Shown piece by piece: positions 10,703-19,787 of a DNA stretch of 64,000 bases. Below the pieces are notes generated by a model that was not told the DNA's origin, searched no databases, and saw only the letters and a program-made list of their open reading frames with translations. The number at the start of each line of letters is the position of its first letter. Within the stretch, counting starts at the first letter, position 1. The DNA comes from Eledone cirrhosa (Eukaryota): the NCBI GenBank assembly GCA_964016885.1, contig OZ024740.1, forward strand, positions 30,194,001 through 30,258,000, written 5' to 3'. The position numbers and the translations under genes are program-made.

Positions 10703-11456
10703 ATGGCACGGAAATGGAGTATTTCCATTTCGAATCAAAACTTTTCACTAAAATCGGGCATTTGGACTGATCAAATTCACATTCATGCCAGTTTTTACAA
10801 ATCCATAATTAGAAATGTGGCGAAATCGAATGACCAGAAGGTATAAAAATATTAATTCAAATGTATTTACTTATCAAACCAACAAAAATACTTAGATATT
10901 TTGTATACCTGGGGCCCGTCAGGGCCAGGTAATGTTAATCGCCAACATTGTTATCTGTTGTCCTTTTGTGAAAGTATTGGTGGTTCATGTCGGCTCTAAT
11001 GATCTGAATCCTCGTCGCACCGTTGGCACGACAAAGCTGTGCAAAGTAATACAATCATTTTTGCCCAAGTATTTTTTATTAATCATTTATTTGTAAATTA
11101 AGGACAAAGTTCCCATTCGAGGCACAAAACCGGAAAAACAGGGGAAGAGTCTCTTTGCAAGGCTACAGAAAATAGCGGAAAAGCACCACTGTACACCCAT
11201 TTTCTACAGTGGTGTCATTCCACGTCCACAAAGTGTAATTGAAAATAAAAATGACTTGGGCAAGAGAAATTCTCGTTTGGAAAAGTTTAATTACTGCATG
11301 AAAGAAATGATTCAAAAATTGAACTTGCCCAATCTTCACAACATTGAAAATTGGTCAAAATTTGACAAATCTGACTTCAAACCAGATATGATTCATTTGA
11401 ACAATGTTGGAAATCTTAAATTGACACAAATTTTTGCCAATGTTTTTGCCACCTGA
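10703..11456 (+). CDS. Spliced SGNH/GDSL hydrolase-like protein (~213 aa; exons 10703-10840, 10896-11045, 11103-11456)
   Basis: Removing two phase-0 GT-AG introns (10841-10895, 55 nt; 11046-11102, 57 nt) joins YKSIIRNV (block I Ser), FCIPGAR (block II Gly), VLVVHVGSNDL (block III Asn), FYSGVIPR and DMIHLNNVG (block V DxxH) in one frame. Start context ccATGG; AATAAA at ~11494. An upstream in-frame ATG at 10661 is an alternative start. Confidence 0.8.
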
Positions 11457-11636
11457 TCCTTGTTCTATGGCTGACTGACTAATTTTGTGACTTAATAAAA
11501 TGTCATCATACTAGTAATGCACAATGGTCATTTTTAAATTTAAATTTTATTAAATAGTTGTTGCTTGCATTGCCTTAAAATAGTAACAAGAATGTACATA
11601 TACTTTTTAAAAATACATCATTATCAGTCAAATCAG

Positions 11637-11996
11637 TCAAATGTCACTAAAAGCCAGGTGGTCGATAACAACTTCTATAAGATTAGTTACATGCTCACAT
11701 ATTGGATCACCTCTCATCAATGGCATTGGGTGTCTGAGATAATCGTGGAGATAACTGATGAAGTCACAAATGAAGTGATGGTCTTCCAGTGTGAACAACT
11801 CCCTATATCCATTGATATATGTGATGGCTTCCGATTCATAGGTGCATTTTATGAGGAATTCCATGCATCCGATTTTCAGTGATTCAATGGGCATTTTATC
11901 AGAGATGATAAGGTATTTGACCACGTTTTGCTTTGTAAGTAAATTGGAGAGAATCACTGCAGTCAAAGTAATTTCTTTGCATGGGTTGTTGTCCAT
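11637..11996 (-). CDS. Hypothetical 119-aa protein, convergent with the SGNH gene
   Basis: ATG-initiated, non-repetitive, globular-looking ORF. A candidate 43-nt intron (GTAAGT...TTTTTAG, 12040-11998 on minus) ends 1 nt before the ATG. No recognised motif. Confidence 0.5.
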   Translation of the reverse strand: MDNNPCKEITLTAVILSNLLTKQNVVKYLIISDKMPIESLKIGCMEFLIKCTYESEAITYINGYRELFTLEDHHFICDFISYLHDYLRHPMPLMRGDPICEHVTNLIEVVIDHLAFSDI

Positions 11997-12267
11997 TCTA
12001 AAAAGTTAAAATGATAAAGTATTACTACTATATAACTTACATCTATTGTTGTAACACCATTGAAATGCACAAGTTTCACCAATTCACTATTATGCACTAA
12101 TCATCTCAAATGCATTCATGATTTACTAGCTTTGTCATTAAGCCAGTTGCCTCAACTAGATTGCAATTATACTCAAAAGAACTTTAAAATGTCAATCACT
12201 TGTCAGTAATTCACTATGATCATTTAATTATTAGATAGTTGTTGCTTGCATTGCCTTAAAAAATAGT

Positions 12268-13366
12268 AGACCAGATAGAAAAATGCGTACAGCAAAAAAA
12301 AGTAATATTGTTGGAATATAAACCTTTAAAAATACAGGACAAGAAACTAAAATAAAACTTTAAAAAAATAGGTCAAGAAACTAAGATAAAACTTTAAAAG
12401 AATAGGACAAGAAATTAAGATAAAACTTTAAAGAATTGGACAAGAAATAAAAAATGTTACAATAATATTAGTGGCAACATTTTTTTATTCGTTTCCTGTG
12501 CTATGCCCCAGTATCTTCTTGATTAGTGCATAATAATTGTCATGCTCTCATTGTGCGTTGCCCCTGAGCGGTTGGTTCTGGTTGGGGTTGGTTGGCTGAG
12601 CAGTTCTGCTCCGTCAGAATGACCATTGCAAGAAGAATTGGCCGATGCAGCTGCAGGTCTCCTCCAAGAATGCACTTCTGGTCCCGCAACACCAGACGAA
12701 GATGGAGAAGACGACCGGGACAAGATGTCGACTCTGACCACCGACTACGGCACCTCCCTCAACCACCGGTCCTCCCTCCCTCTGTCCCGTCATCCCTCCA
12801 GTCCTCCTGCTCCCCCTTCCTGTACCAGAAAGCTGTGGCACGCATTCATCTGGACTGCCGGACTTGAACTCAAGGACAAGATGCAAGGAGAAGATGGACG
12901 GGTTGGTCAAGATCAAGGATGAGCGGGACGACAAGACCGTCCGCTGCTGCTCAAGATCTGTGCTCATGGGCCCATGGGTCCATTCACATTATGCATGACA
13001 CATGAGACGTGTCGCCGAATGATGAAATAGGGGTATGGTTATGGCCCAATTGGTGTTCAAACCAGGATCAAATGATCCCCCCGGTCTGACGACGACCTCT
13101 GAATGTGGAACCCAGACCCTATGAATGTGGAACTCGATTTTTTACGAATAAAAATTTTGCCACTAATATTATTGTAAAATTTTTTATTTCTTGTCCAATT
13201 CTTTAAAGTTTTATCTTAGTTTCTTGTCCTATTCTTTTAAAGTTTTATCTTAGTTTCTTGTCCTATTCTTTTAAAGTTTTATTTTAGTTTCTTGTCCTGT
13301 ATTTTTAAAGGTTTATATTCCAACAATATTACTTTTTTTTGCTGTACGCATTTTTCTATCTGGTTT
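12268..13366. mobile_element. Foldback-like structure: ~225-bp inverted arms (12268-12492 / 13144-13366) with internal 34-bp tandem subrepeats around a 650-bp GC-rich insert
   Basis: ccagatagaaaaatgcgtacagc...gtggcaacatttttttattcgt is the reverse complement of acgaataaaaattttgccac...gctgtacgcatttttctatctgg. The unit taaagttttatcttagtttcttgtcctattcttt repeats ~3.5x per arm. The inverted repeat is directly visible; mobility is inferred. Confidence 0.65.
12600..13125 (+). pseudogene. GC-rich, coding-like degraded reading frame of unknown identity
   Basis: Much higher GC than the flanks, C/G-ending codons (DEDGEDDRDKMSTLTTDYGTSLNH...LWHAFIWTAGLELKDK), with an apparent frameshift continuation KEKMDGLVKIKDERDDKTVR and stops further on. 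Confidence 0.35.
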
Positions 13367-13574
13367 ATTTATTTGTATACACGCATACACACACACACAT
13401 ATTTATATGTGCGTGGTTTTGTATACCTATGGTAAGTTTTTGCGTATGCTTGTGTATGTACGTATTTGTCTGCGTGTATGTATTTATTTATTTCTATTAC
13501 TTCTGTATTGTATTTATTTACTTTGTTCTTAACTCTGTAGCGGAGATTCATTTGGTCTCCTAGTTAGAATTTTT

Positions 13575-13839
13575 GTCTACGACTTCTGCTATACCATTTA
13601 CGTGATTTTGTCTTCGCGTGCAATTGTTCTCCCTGCTCCACATATGACGTATTATCTTCGTTTTTTCCGTTCATTGCCAGAGAACGTCTCTATGAACCAC
13701 CTAAGAGAACATTAGTCTACGACTTCTTTTATACCATAAACGTTGTTCTGTCTTTGCGCGTAATTGTTTTTCACCGCTCCTATTAATGACGTATTATTCG
13801 TTTTTTCCCGTTCTTTGCCAGCGAACGTTTCCACGAACC
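13575..13839. repeat. Diverged 140-bp tandem duplication
   Basis: gtctacgacttct...atgacgtattat...ttgccag.gaacgt...gaacca at 13575 and 13715. Confidence 0.8.
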
Positions 13840-13902
13840 AAAGTATCGTCTTCCTGTCTTCCTCCGGTTGCAACGTTTTTTGAAATATCCAGTTCTGCGT
13901 TT

Positions 13903-13978
13903 ACAGATTGACTTTGTTAGTTTCAGAAGATCCCGTTAAGGGTGAAAGCAGCGATTCTTTGCTTAAACTTTAATCTGT
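13903..13978 (+). ncRNA. Type I hammerhead-like motif with variant core CAGAAGA
   Basis: Bulged stem I (acagattga/ttaatctgt + agttt/aaact), core CAGAAGA, stem II ccc-gttaa-ggg, GAA, stem III agcag/ttgct, CUU triplet. Followed by a short tail and (TA)n. Confidence 0.6.
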
Positions 13979-13985
13979 TATTTTA

Positions 13986-14031
<46 letters not shown>

Positions 14032-14073
14032 CGATATATTAACAAATGGAAACTATATTTATAAAACCATATT

Positions 14074-14138
14074 TATTTCATTATACATATTTCAAGGACA
14101 CCAAGTCAAATTATGGTGCGCTTTCATCAGATAAAATA
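14074..14138 (-). ncRNA. Minimal type I hammerhead ribozyme (inverted copy)
   Basis: Reverse complement of 14406-14470. Confidence 0.75.
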
Positions 14139-14405
14139 TAATATAGATCAGTTTTATAAATATAATATAGATCAGTTTTATAAATAAATATTGACATACC
14201 CTTAAAGAATGCGACCATTTCTGTTGGAAGCTCCCGGATAGTGGGGTTACTAAATTTATTTAGTCTATTATGCAAATTAGTGTCGGATAGGTTTAAATAA
14301 TAGACTAAATAAATTTAGTAACCCCACTATCCGGGAGCTTCCAACAGAAATGGTCGCATTCTTTAAGGGTATGTCAATATTTATTTATAAAACTGATCTA
14401 TATTA

Positions 14406-14470
14406 TATTTTATCTGATGAAAGCGCACCATAATTTGACTTGGTGTCCTTGAAATATGTATAATGAAATA
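14406..14470 (+). ncRNA. Minimal type I hammerhead ribozyme
   Basis: Stem I tattttat/atgaaata, CTGATGA, stem II aagcgcacca/tggtgtcctt, GAAAT-ATGT-ATA. Confidence 0.75.
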
Positions 14471-14599
14471 AATATGGTTTTATAAATATAGTTTCCATTT
14501 GTTAATATATCGTATTTTTACTCCAATAATTTGTTGAATGCTTTATATCAGTTATAAAAATATTTGCTTGTTGTATCCCAATAAATTAAATATAACTTC

Positions 14600-14646
<47 letters not shown>

Positions 14647-14649
14647 TTA

Positions 14650-14803
14650 TTTATTAAAATAACAGATTAAAGTTTAAGCAAAGAATCGCTACTTTCACCC
14701 TTAACGGGATCTTCTGAGTTTCAGAAGATCCCGTTTCAGAAGATCCCATTAAGGGTGAAAGCGGCGATTCTTTACTTAAACTTTAATCTGTTATTTTAAT
14801 AAA
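14650..14803. mobile_element. Inverted pair of truncated copies of the CAGAAGA-HHR element
   Basis: Minus copy 14650-14717 and plus copy 14733-14803 of the 13918-13990 sequence, with a 16-nt stutter (gtttcagaagatccc) at the junction. Confidence 0.75.
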
Positions 14804-14889
14804 AATTTCCTCTAGGGTTCTTATATTTTTTATATATATTTATCCTTATCGAGCCCTCATTGGATTTTAGTCTTCACATTTATTATTAT

Positions 14890-15085
14890 TACTGTGGATT
14901 GGCAGTATCGGTGGAGGGTCGGACGCCATGCTTTGCAGCAGAGAGTTACGGCCCTTTATGGTCTGAGTTCAAATCCCGCCGAGGTTAACTTTGCTTTTCA
15001 TCCTTACGGGGTCGATAAAATAATGTACCAGTAATGTACTGGGTAATTGCTGGCCTTGTGCCAAAAGTAGAAACAATTATTATTA
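14890..15085 (+). mobile_element. tRNA-derived SINE
   Basis: A-box-like tggcagtatcgg, B-box gagttcaaatcc, central tttcatccttacggggtcgataaaataatgtaccag resembling the conserved core of invertebrate/octopus SINEs, and an (ATT)n tail. Confidence 0.75.
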
Positions 15086-15102
15086 CTATATATATATATA
15101 TA

Positions 15103-15550
15103 GCAAGACATTTTATTTCACATTGCTCCTTCTACCTGGAGTTGCGACCGATAGATAGTATTAGCAATTGGAAAGACCCATGGAAACATTGTTTCCTCGA
15201 TCCGATTTGACGAAAGTCGATCGACTGACGATATATAATTGTTATTGAATAAAGTGATAAGCGGCAGGAAAGTTGAGATTCCTTTAAAGTATTCATTTCT
15301 GCAAAAACAATATATATTTCAATGGCCAGTAGAATTCCAGCGACATCATCAGGTGTATTGTATAACAATCATAAAGTAATCATGGTACCACAGCTGCGTA
15401 CACGGAAACAAAAATAAAAATAAAATTGGAGATATTTGATTCAGGGGCAGCCTACATCCGTTCATTTAGACTGTCCGCCCCTAATATTACATCATGGTTA
15501 ACTATACGGAATGGTCAGTTCTATCCAGTGGTGAACCCCCAACTTCAATG
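15103..15550 (-). mobile_element. Degenerate PLE pLTR-like fragment between (TA)n tracts with HHR-like core
   Basis: Minus strand ~15360-15300 reads caatacac-CTGATGA-tgtcgctggaattctactggccatt-GAAATATATAT; stems I and II are imperfect. Confidence 0.45.
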
Positions 15551-15561
15551 ATATATATATA

Positions 15562-15617
<56 letters not shown>

Positions 15618-15662
15618 TATATACACATATATATACATATATATATAAATATATATAGATAT

Positions 15663-15708
<46 letters not shown>

Positions 15709-16938
15709 TATATACAATTACATGCATAAATTTATTTTTTTAAATTAATTGAGTTCTTAACACGTGGAATTGATATTAGTTTTGAAATAACTAATTAACC
15801 CGCGTGTATTAAATATTTGACTCTTAATTTGGCCAGAGATTTACATTCCCAATCGCCTTTTAAAGCGTAACTTTCTGTATTTGCTACGGTTTGAGATGCG
15901 GCACGTTATTGGGGTATCACTTCTGTTTTTAGCCTAAGAAAATATCTATATGCGTGTGTAATTAATACACGCATACATTTATTTTTTTAATTTCAATTGA
16001 GTTCTTAACACGTTGGATTGATAATGTTTTTTGAAAAAACTAATTAACCCACGTGTTTATTATTATTTTCTTTTCTCGAGAATCGTGGTTGTCTCCCTTT
16101 CCCGCTTAGTGACGCTCTGATACTTCCTCAGTCAAAAGACTGCTGGAATTTCAAATTTGGCGGTCATTCGATGCGTGAAGGAGCAGCTTAGCAGACACGA
16201 ATTTTAACTGCGGTAAGAATTTTTTATTATATCAACGTTTAATGGGCTTCCACTGAAGATTTATAAGTGCCCACCTAAATATATTCTTATATGAATATAT
16301 GTTAGGCTTCTACATAAACTGTAAACATTCTCCCAATTTGTAGAAAACTTATAATGAAACAATTGTTTGGAAAGAGAGATATATTTTAACTTTAATTATA
16401 TCTCATAAAATAATACAACTGGCTTTCCACAAAATACATATAGTTAGCACCCCAAACACTTAAATTGGGTTATACTAACATATAACCTAATGTTTGTTGA
16501 GTGAGATGGTTACCAGTCGGAGTTTAGCTTTAAGTGAAGCATATCAATTTGTCCCTGGATGTTTACTGAGGAGAGCAGGACATGATATTCCTACACTTAT
16601 TTATCTCGAAACATATTTGGATTTTAAAGTTTAAACTTATGTACGGAACAGGTTTGATTTTGAAATTTAAATGTGTCTAAACATCATAGCCTTTTGGCAA
16701 TGCAGTTCGTCTTTGTTGATTTATTTTTTTAAATCGATATGGACAAACTGTAGTATAATAATTAGTATACTTCATTCTGGCTAAATTTTCTTTTGCAATA
16801 TATATACAGATGTGTTGGTATCTGTGTTTCATCATATATATTAGTTTATACACGGCTCAGGGGTATTTTCCTCCTTCGAGCTAATTCCATTGTAAAAGAA
16901 TTCATTGCATTTAATAATATATATATATATATATATAT

Positions 16939-17290
16939 ATGTTAACAAATGAAAAATATTCGCATAATCAAAATATATACTTTATTATATATATTTCAAA
17001 GGTACTGTGCTGTTTTTTTTCAGTACGTCCTCATCAGACAAAATATATGATTTGATATATGACATACCGCTACGGTCTTGATAATTCAATTCCCGTATTG
17101 GCAGTACGGGAAATATATATAATAAAGTATATATTTTGATTATGCGAATATTTTTCATTTGTTAACATTTTGAATAATATTAAAAACTCCAGAAAAACTC
17201 GCTGTTGAGTGCTTCTAATCTATTGTAAAACTGTATTCGTTGAGTGATCAACGAACCATATTAATCTTTGGTCATGGTCATATATATATA
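16939..17290. mobile_element. PLE pLTR remnant with inverted arms (16939-16997 / 17110-17168), related to the 14028-14602 family
   Basis: Inverted repeat, (TA)n flanks, and shared motifs ttaacaaatg, tgacatacc and actcca..tgttga.tgctt. Confidence 0.65.
16976..17047 (-). ncRNA. Minimal type I hammerhead ribozyme
   Basis: Minus strand: stem I tatattttgt/ataaagtata, CTGATGA, stem II gtactg/cagtac, GAAAT-ATAT-ATA. Confidence 0.72.
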
Positions 17291-17432
17291 CGTGAGTCCC
17301 GGGTTCAATCGGGGGCAACCATAGTTAGTAATGTACTCAATACGTTAGTAGAGTATTAACATCATGCTTAATATATATAAATGGCTTCTACAGGACTAGA
17401 ACTGTTTCATTCAAAAGAAATCATCAAGATTG

Positions 17433-17850
17433 GATGATAATGGTGATGATGATGATGATGATTATGATGTTGATGATAGTGATGGTGATCATGATGGAGA
17501 TAATGATGGTGGAGATGATGCTGATGGTGATCATGATGATGTTGTTGGTGGTGATGATGATGATGAGGGTGGTAATGATGGTGATGATGATGATGATGAT
17601 GGTGATGGTGATGGTGATGGTGTTGACGATGGTGATGGTGATGGTGATGATGCTGATGATGATGATGGTGGTGGTGACGATGGTGGTGATGATGATGATG
17701 ATAGTGATGATGTTGATGATGATGTTGATGTTGATGATGATGATGATGGTAATGATGTTGATGGTGATGATGATGATGATGGTAATGATGGTGATGGTGA
17801 TGGTGATGGTGATGTTGATGGTGATCATGATAGTGGTGATGATGATGGTT
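17433..17850. repeat. (GAT/GGT)n trinucleotide microsatellite
   Basis: Degenerate GAT/GGT/GTT triplets; produces spurious poly-D/H/M/I ORFs. Confidence 0.95.
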
Positions 17851-18009
17851 GTTATACTCTATAGAAGACCAATGATAGACCATTATCGATCTGCTCTTGC
17901 AGTACTATCAGAGCTATAAATTACAGCGCAACGTTGGCCATCTCCGATCACATTCCAGGTTCACTGATCACTGACACATGACTTCACTCTGTCTATATAT
18001 GGACATCTC

Positions 18010-18425
18010 TGTGTGTATATCTAGCTATATATGGATTTATGTATGTGTATATATCTTTGTGTGTGTGTATATGTACGTATGTTTGCCTGTGTGTGTGTAT
18101 GTGTGATTGTATTATGTATTTATGTATGTGTATATATCTTTGTGTATGTGTATGTAGGTATGTATATATGTAGATATGTATGTATGTATTTATGCCTGTA
18201 TGTGTGTATGTGTGATTGTATGTATGTATTTATGTATGTGTATATGTATGAATGTATTTGTGTATGTATGTATGTATGTATGTATGTATGTATGTATGTA
18301 TGTATGTATGTATATGTGTGTGTGCAAGTATGTATATGGATGTAGGTATGTATATGGATATATATATGTGTGCGATGTTTTCTGTAGTGTGTCAGTCTAT
18401 ACAAGTGTATACTTACGTAGTAATT

Positions 18426-18481
<56 letters not shown>

Positions 18482-18499
18482 TTGTGTGTGTATATATAT
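18010..18499. repeat. Compound (TATG)n/(TG)n/(CA)n/(TA)n microsatellite
   Basis: Direct reading. Confidence 0.9.
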
Positions 18500-18615
18500 A
18501 TAGGAAAAAGTATGACCCCGACGGCAGAGCTCAAGCCGTTTCGACGGCTATTTCTGGACTGAAATAGCCGTCGAAACGACTTCAGCTCTGCCGTCGGGGT
18601 CATACTTTTTCCTAT
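18500..18615. repeat. 55-bp-arm palindrome, probably an inverted truncated PLE end
   Basis: Arms 18500-18554 and 18561-18615 with 2 mismatches and a 6-nt loop tggact; the unit lies between (TA)n tracts. Confidence 0.8.
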
Positions 18616-18692
18616 TTCCCACTCTACTACCCTAAGTATTGAGTACTCTGGTGTGTTATGGTCCATCTGGTTCCTTACCACAGTTCCTTTGT

Positions 18693-18748
<56 letters not shown>

Positions 18749-19189
18749 CATAAATTACATAAATGTGTGTGTGTGTGCGTTTATATTCATATAATGTATA
18801 TGTGAGGGAAAATGCGTTAGGAAGATAGTGGGTAGACGAGAGGAGGTAGGGAGTGAAAGAAAGAGGAACAGCCCCACCAAGCGAGGGGGGGAGGAGACTA
18901 ATAAATAAAAATATATAGAAAGAAGAACCGAAATTTATAATAGAAGATTATAGAAGCGAATCTCTAGTAGACGGTGGAGGGGTGGGAGAGACTATGAGTA
19001 AGAGGAGTGATAGAGTAAGAGGAATAAGGTGAGAAGTAGAGAGGCAAGGTGATATGAGGAAGTGGCTAAATAAAGAGATGTTTGACAGAACATCTCAACC
19101 TTAATACATAAATATTCGATTGGGATGGCCAACAGATCAGAGTCCCGTCGGGATATATTTAGTGCAGTAAAGGTAATGATTCACCACAC

Positions 19190-19205
19190 ATATACACACA
19201 CACCT

Positions 19206-19260
<55 letters not shown>

Positions 19261-19319
19261 TTATATACATACATATATGCATACATAGACATAATATATA
19301 CATACGTATATATATATAC

Positions 19320-19367
<48 letters not shown>

Positions 19368-19552
19368 GAGTAACACAACAGTTAGATCAGCATACCGAGA
19401 GCGATATATATATATATATATGTGTGGGGGGGTGTATGTATGTGTATATATATGTGTATATATATATATGTATATATATATATATCATACATATATATAT
19501 ATATATATGTGTGTGTGTATGTATATATATATATATACATACATAAACACAC

Positions 19553-19586
<34 letters not shown>

Positions 19587-19600
19587 GTCTGTATATATAT
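19190..19600. repeat. (TA)n/(CA)n microsatellites
   Basis: Direct reading. Confidence 0.9.
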
Positions 19601-19787
19601 TGTTACAACGCTGATAAATGTTAAATATATATTATACAGGGTATAGTAGACATTTAACCACCCCCAGAGAGACCCTGTCACCTTCAGTTGTCACATTTAA
19701 GGTTATATAGACATTTTACTGACATACACTAACAATACTACCTCTCAATTTATCACATCAAGATCACCAATTCCTAGACTGATTAAT

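Larger units (their letters stand above)
14028..14602. mobile_element. Palindromic PLE pLTR remnant (inverted arms 14028-14270 / 14298-14516) inserted in (TA)n
   Basis: ~220-bp near-perfect inverted repeat with a 27-nt spacer; each arm carries an HHR; (TA)n on both sides. Inverted pLTR pairs are a known PLE insertion structure. Confidence 0.8.

Noticed and set aside
12960-13060. Possible RING-like H/C pattern on the minus strand
   Set aside because: Requires multiple frameshifts and lacks the flanking CxxC pairs.
17290-17325. tRNA B-box-like gggttcaatc
   Set aside because: No A box or cloverleaf; at most a SINE scrap.
17407-17919. Poly-His / poly-Asp / poly-Met ORFs
   Set aside because: (GAT)n microsatellite open in several frames, with no flanking coding context.
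18800-19190. Purine-rich segment; minus strand ends in ...TKYIPTGL, vaguely like a Neptune PLE C-terminus
   Set aside because: Too short and the spacing does not match; cannot be supported without a search.
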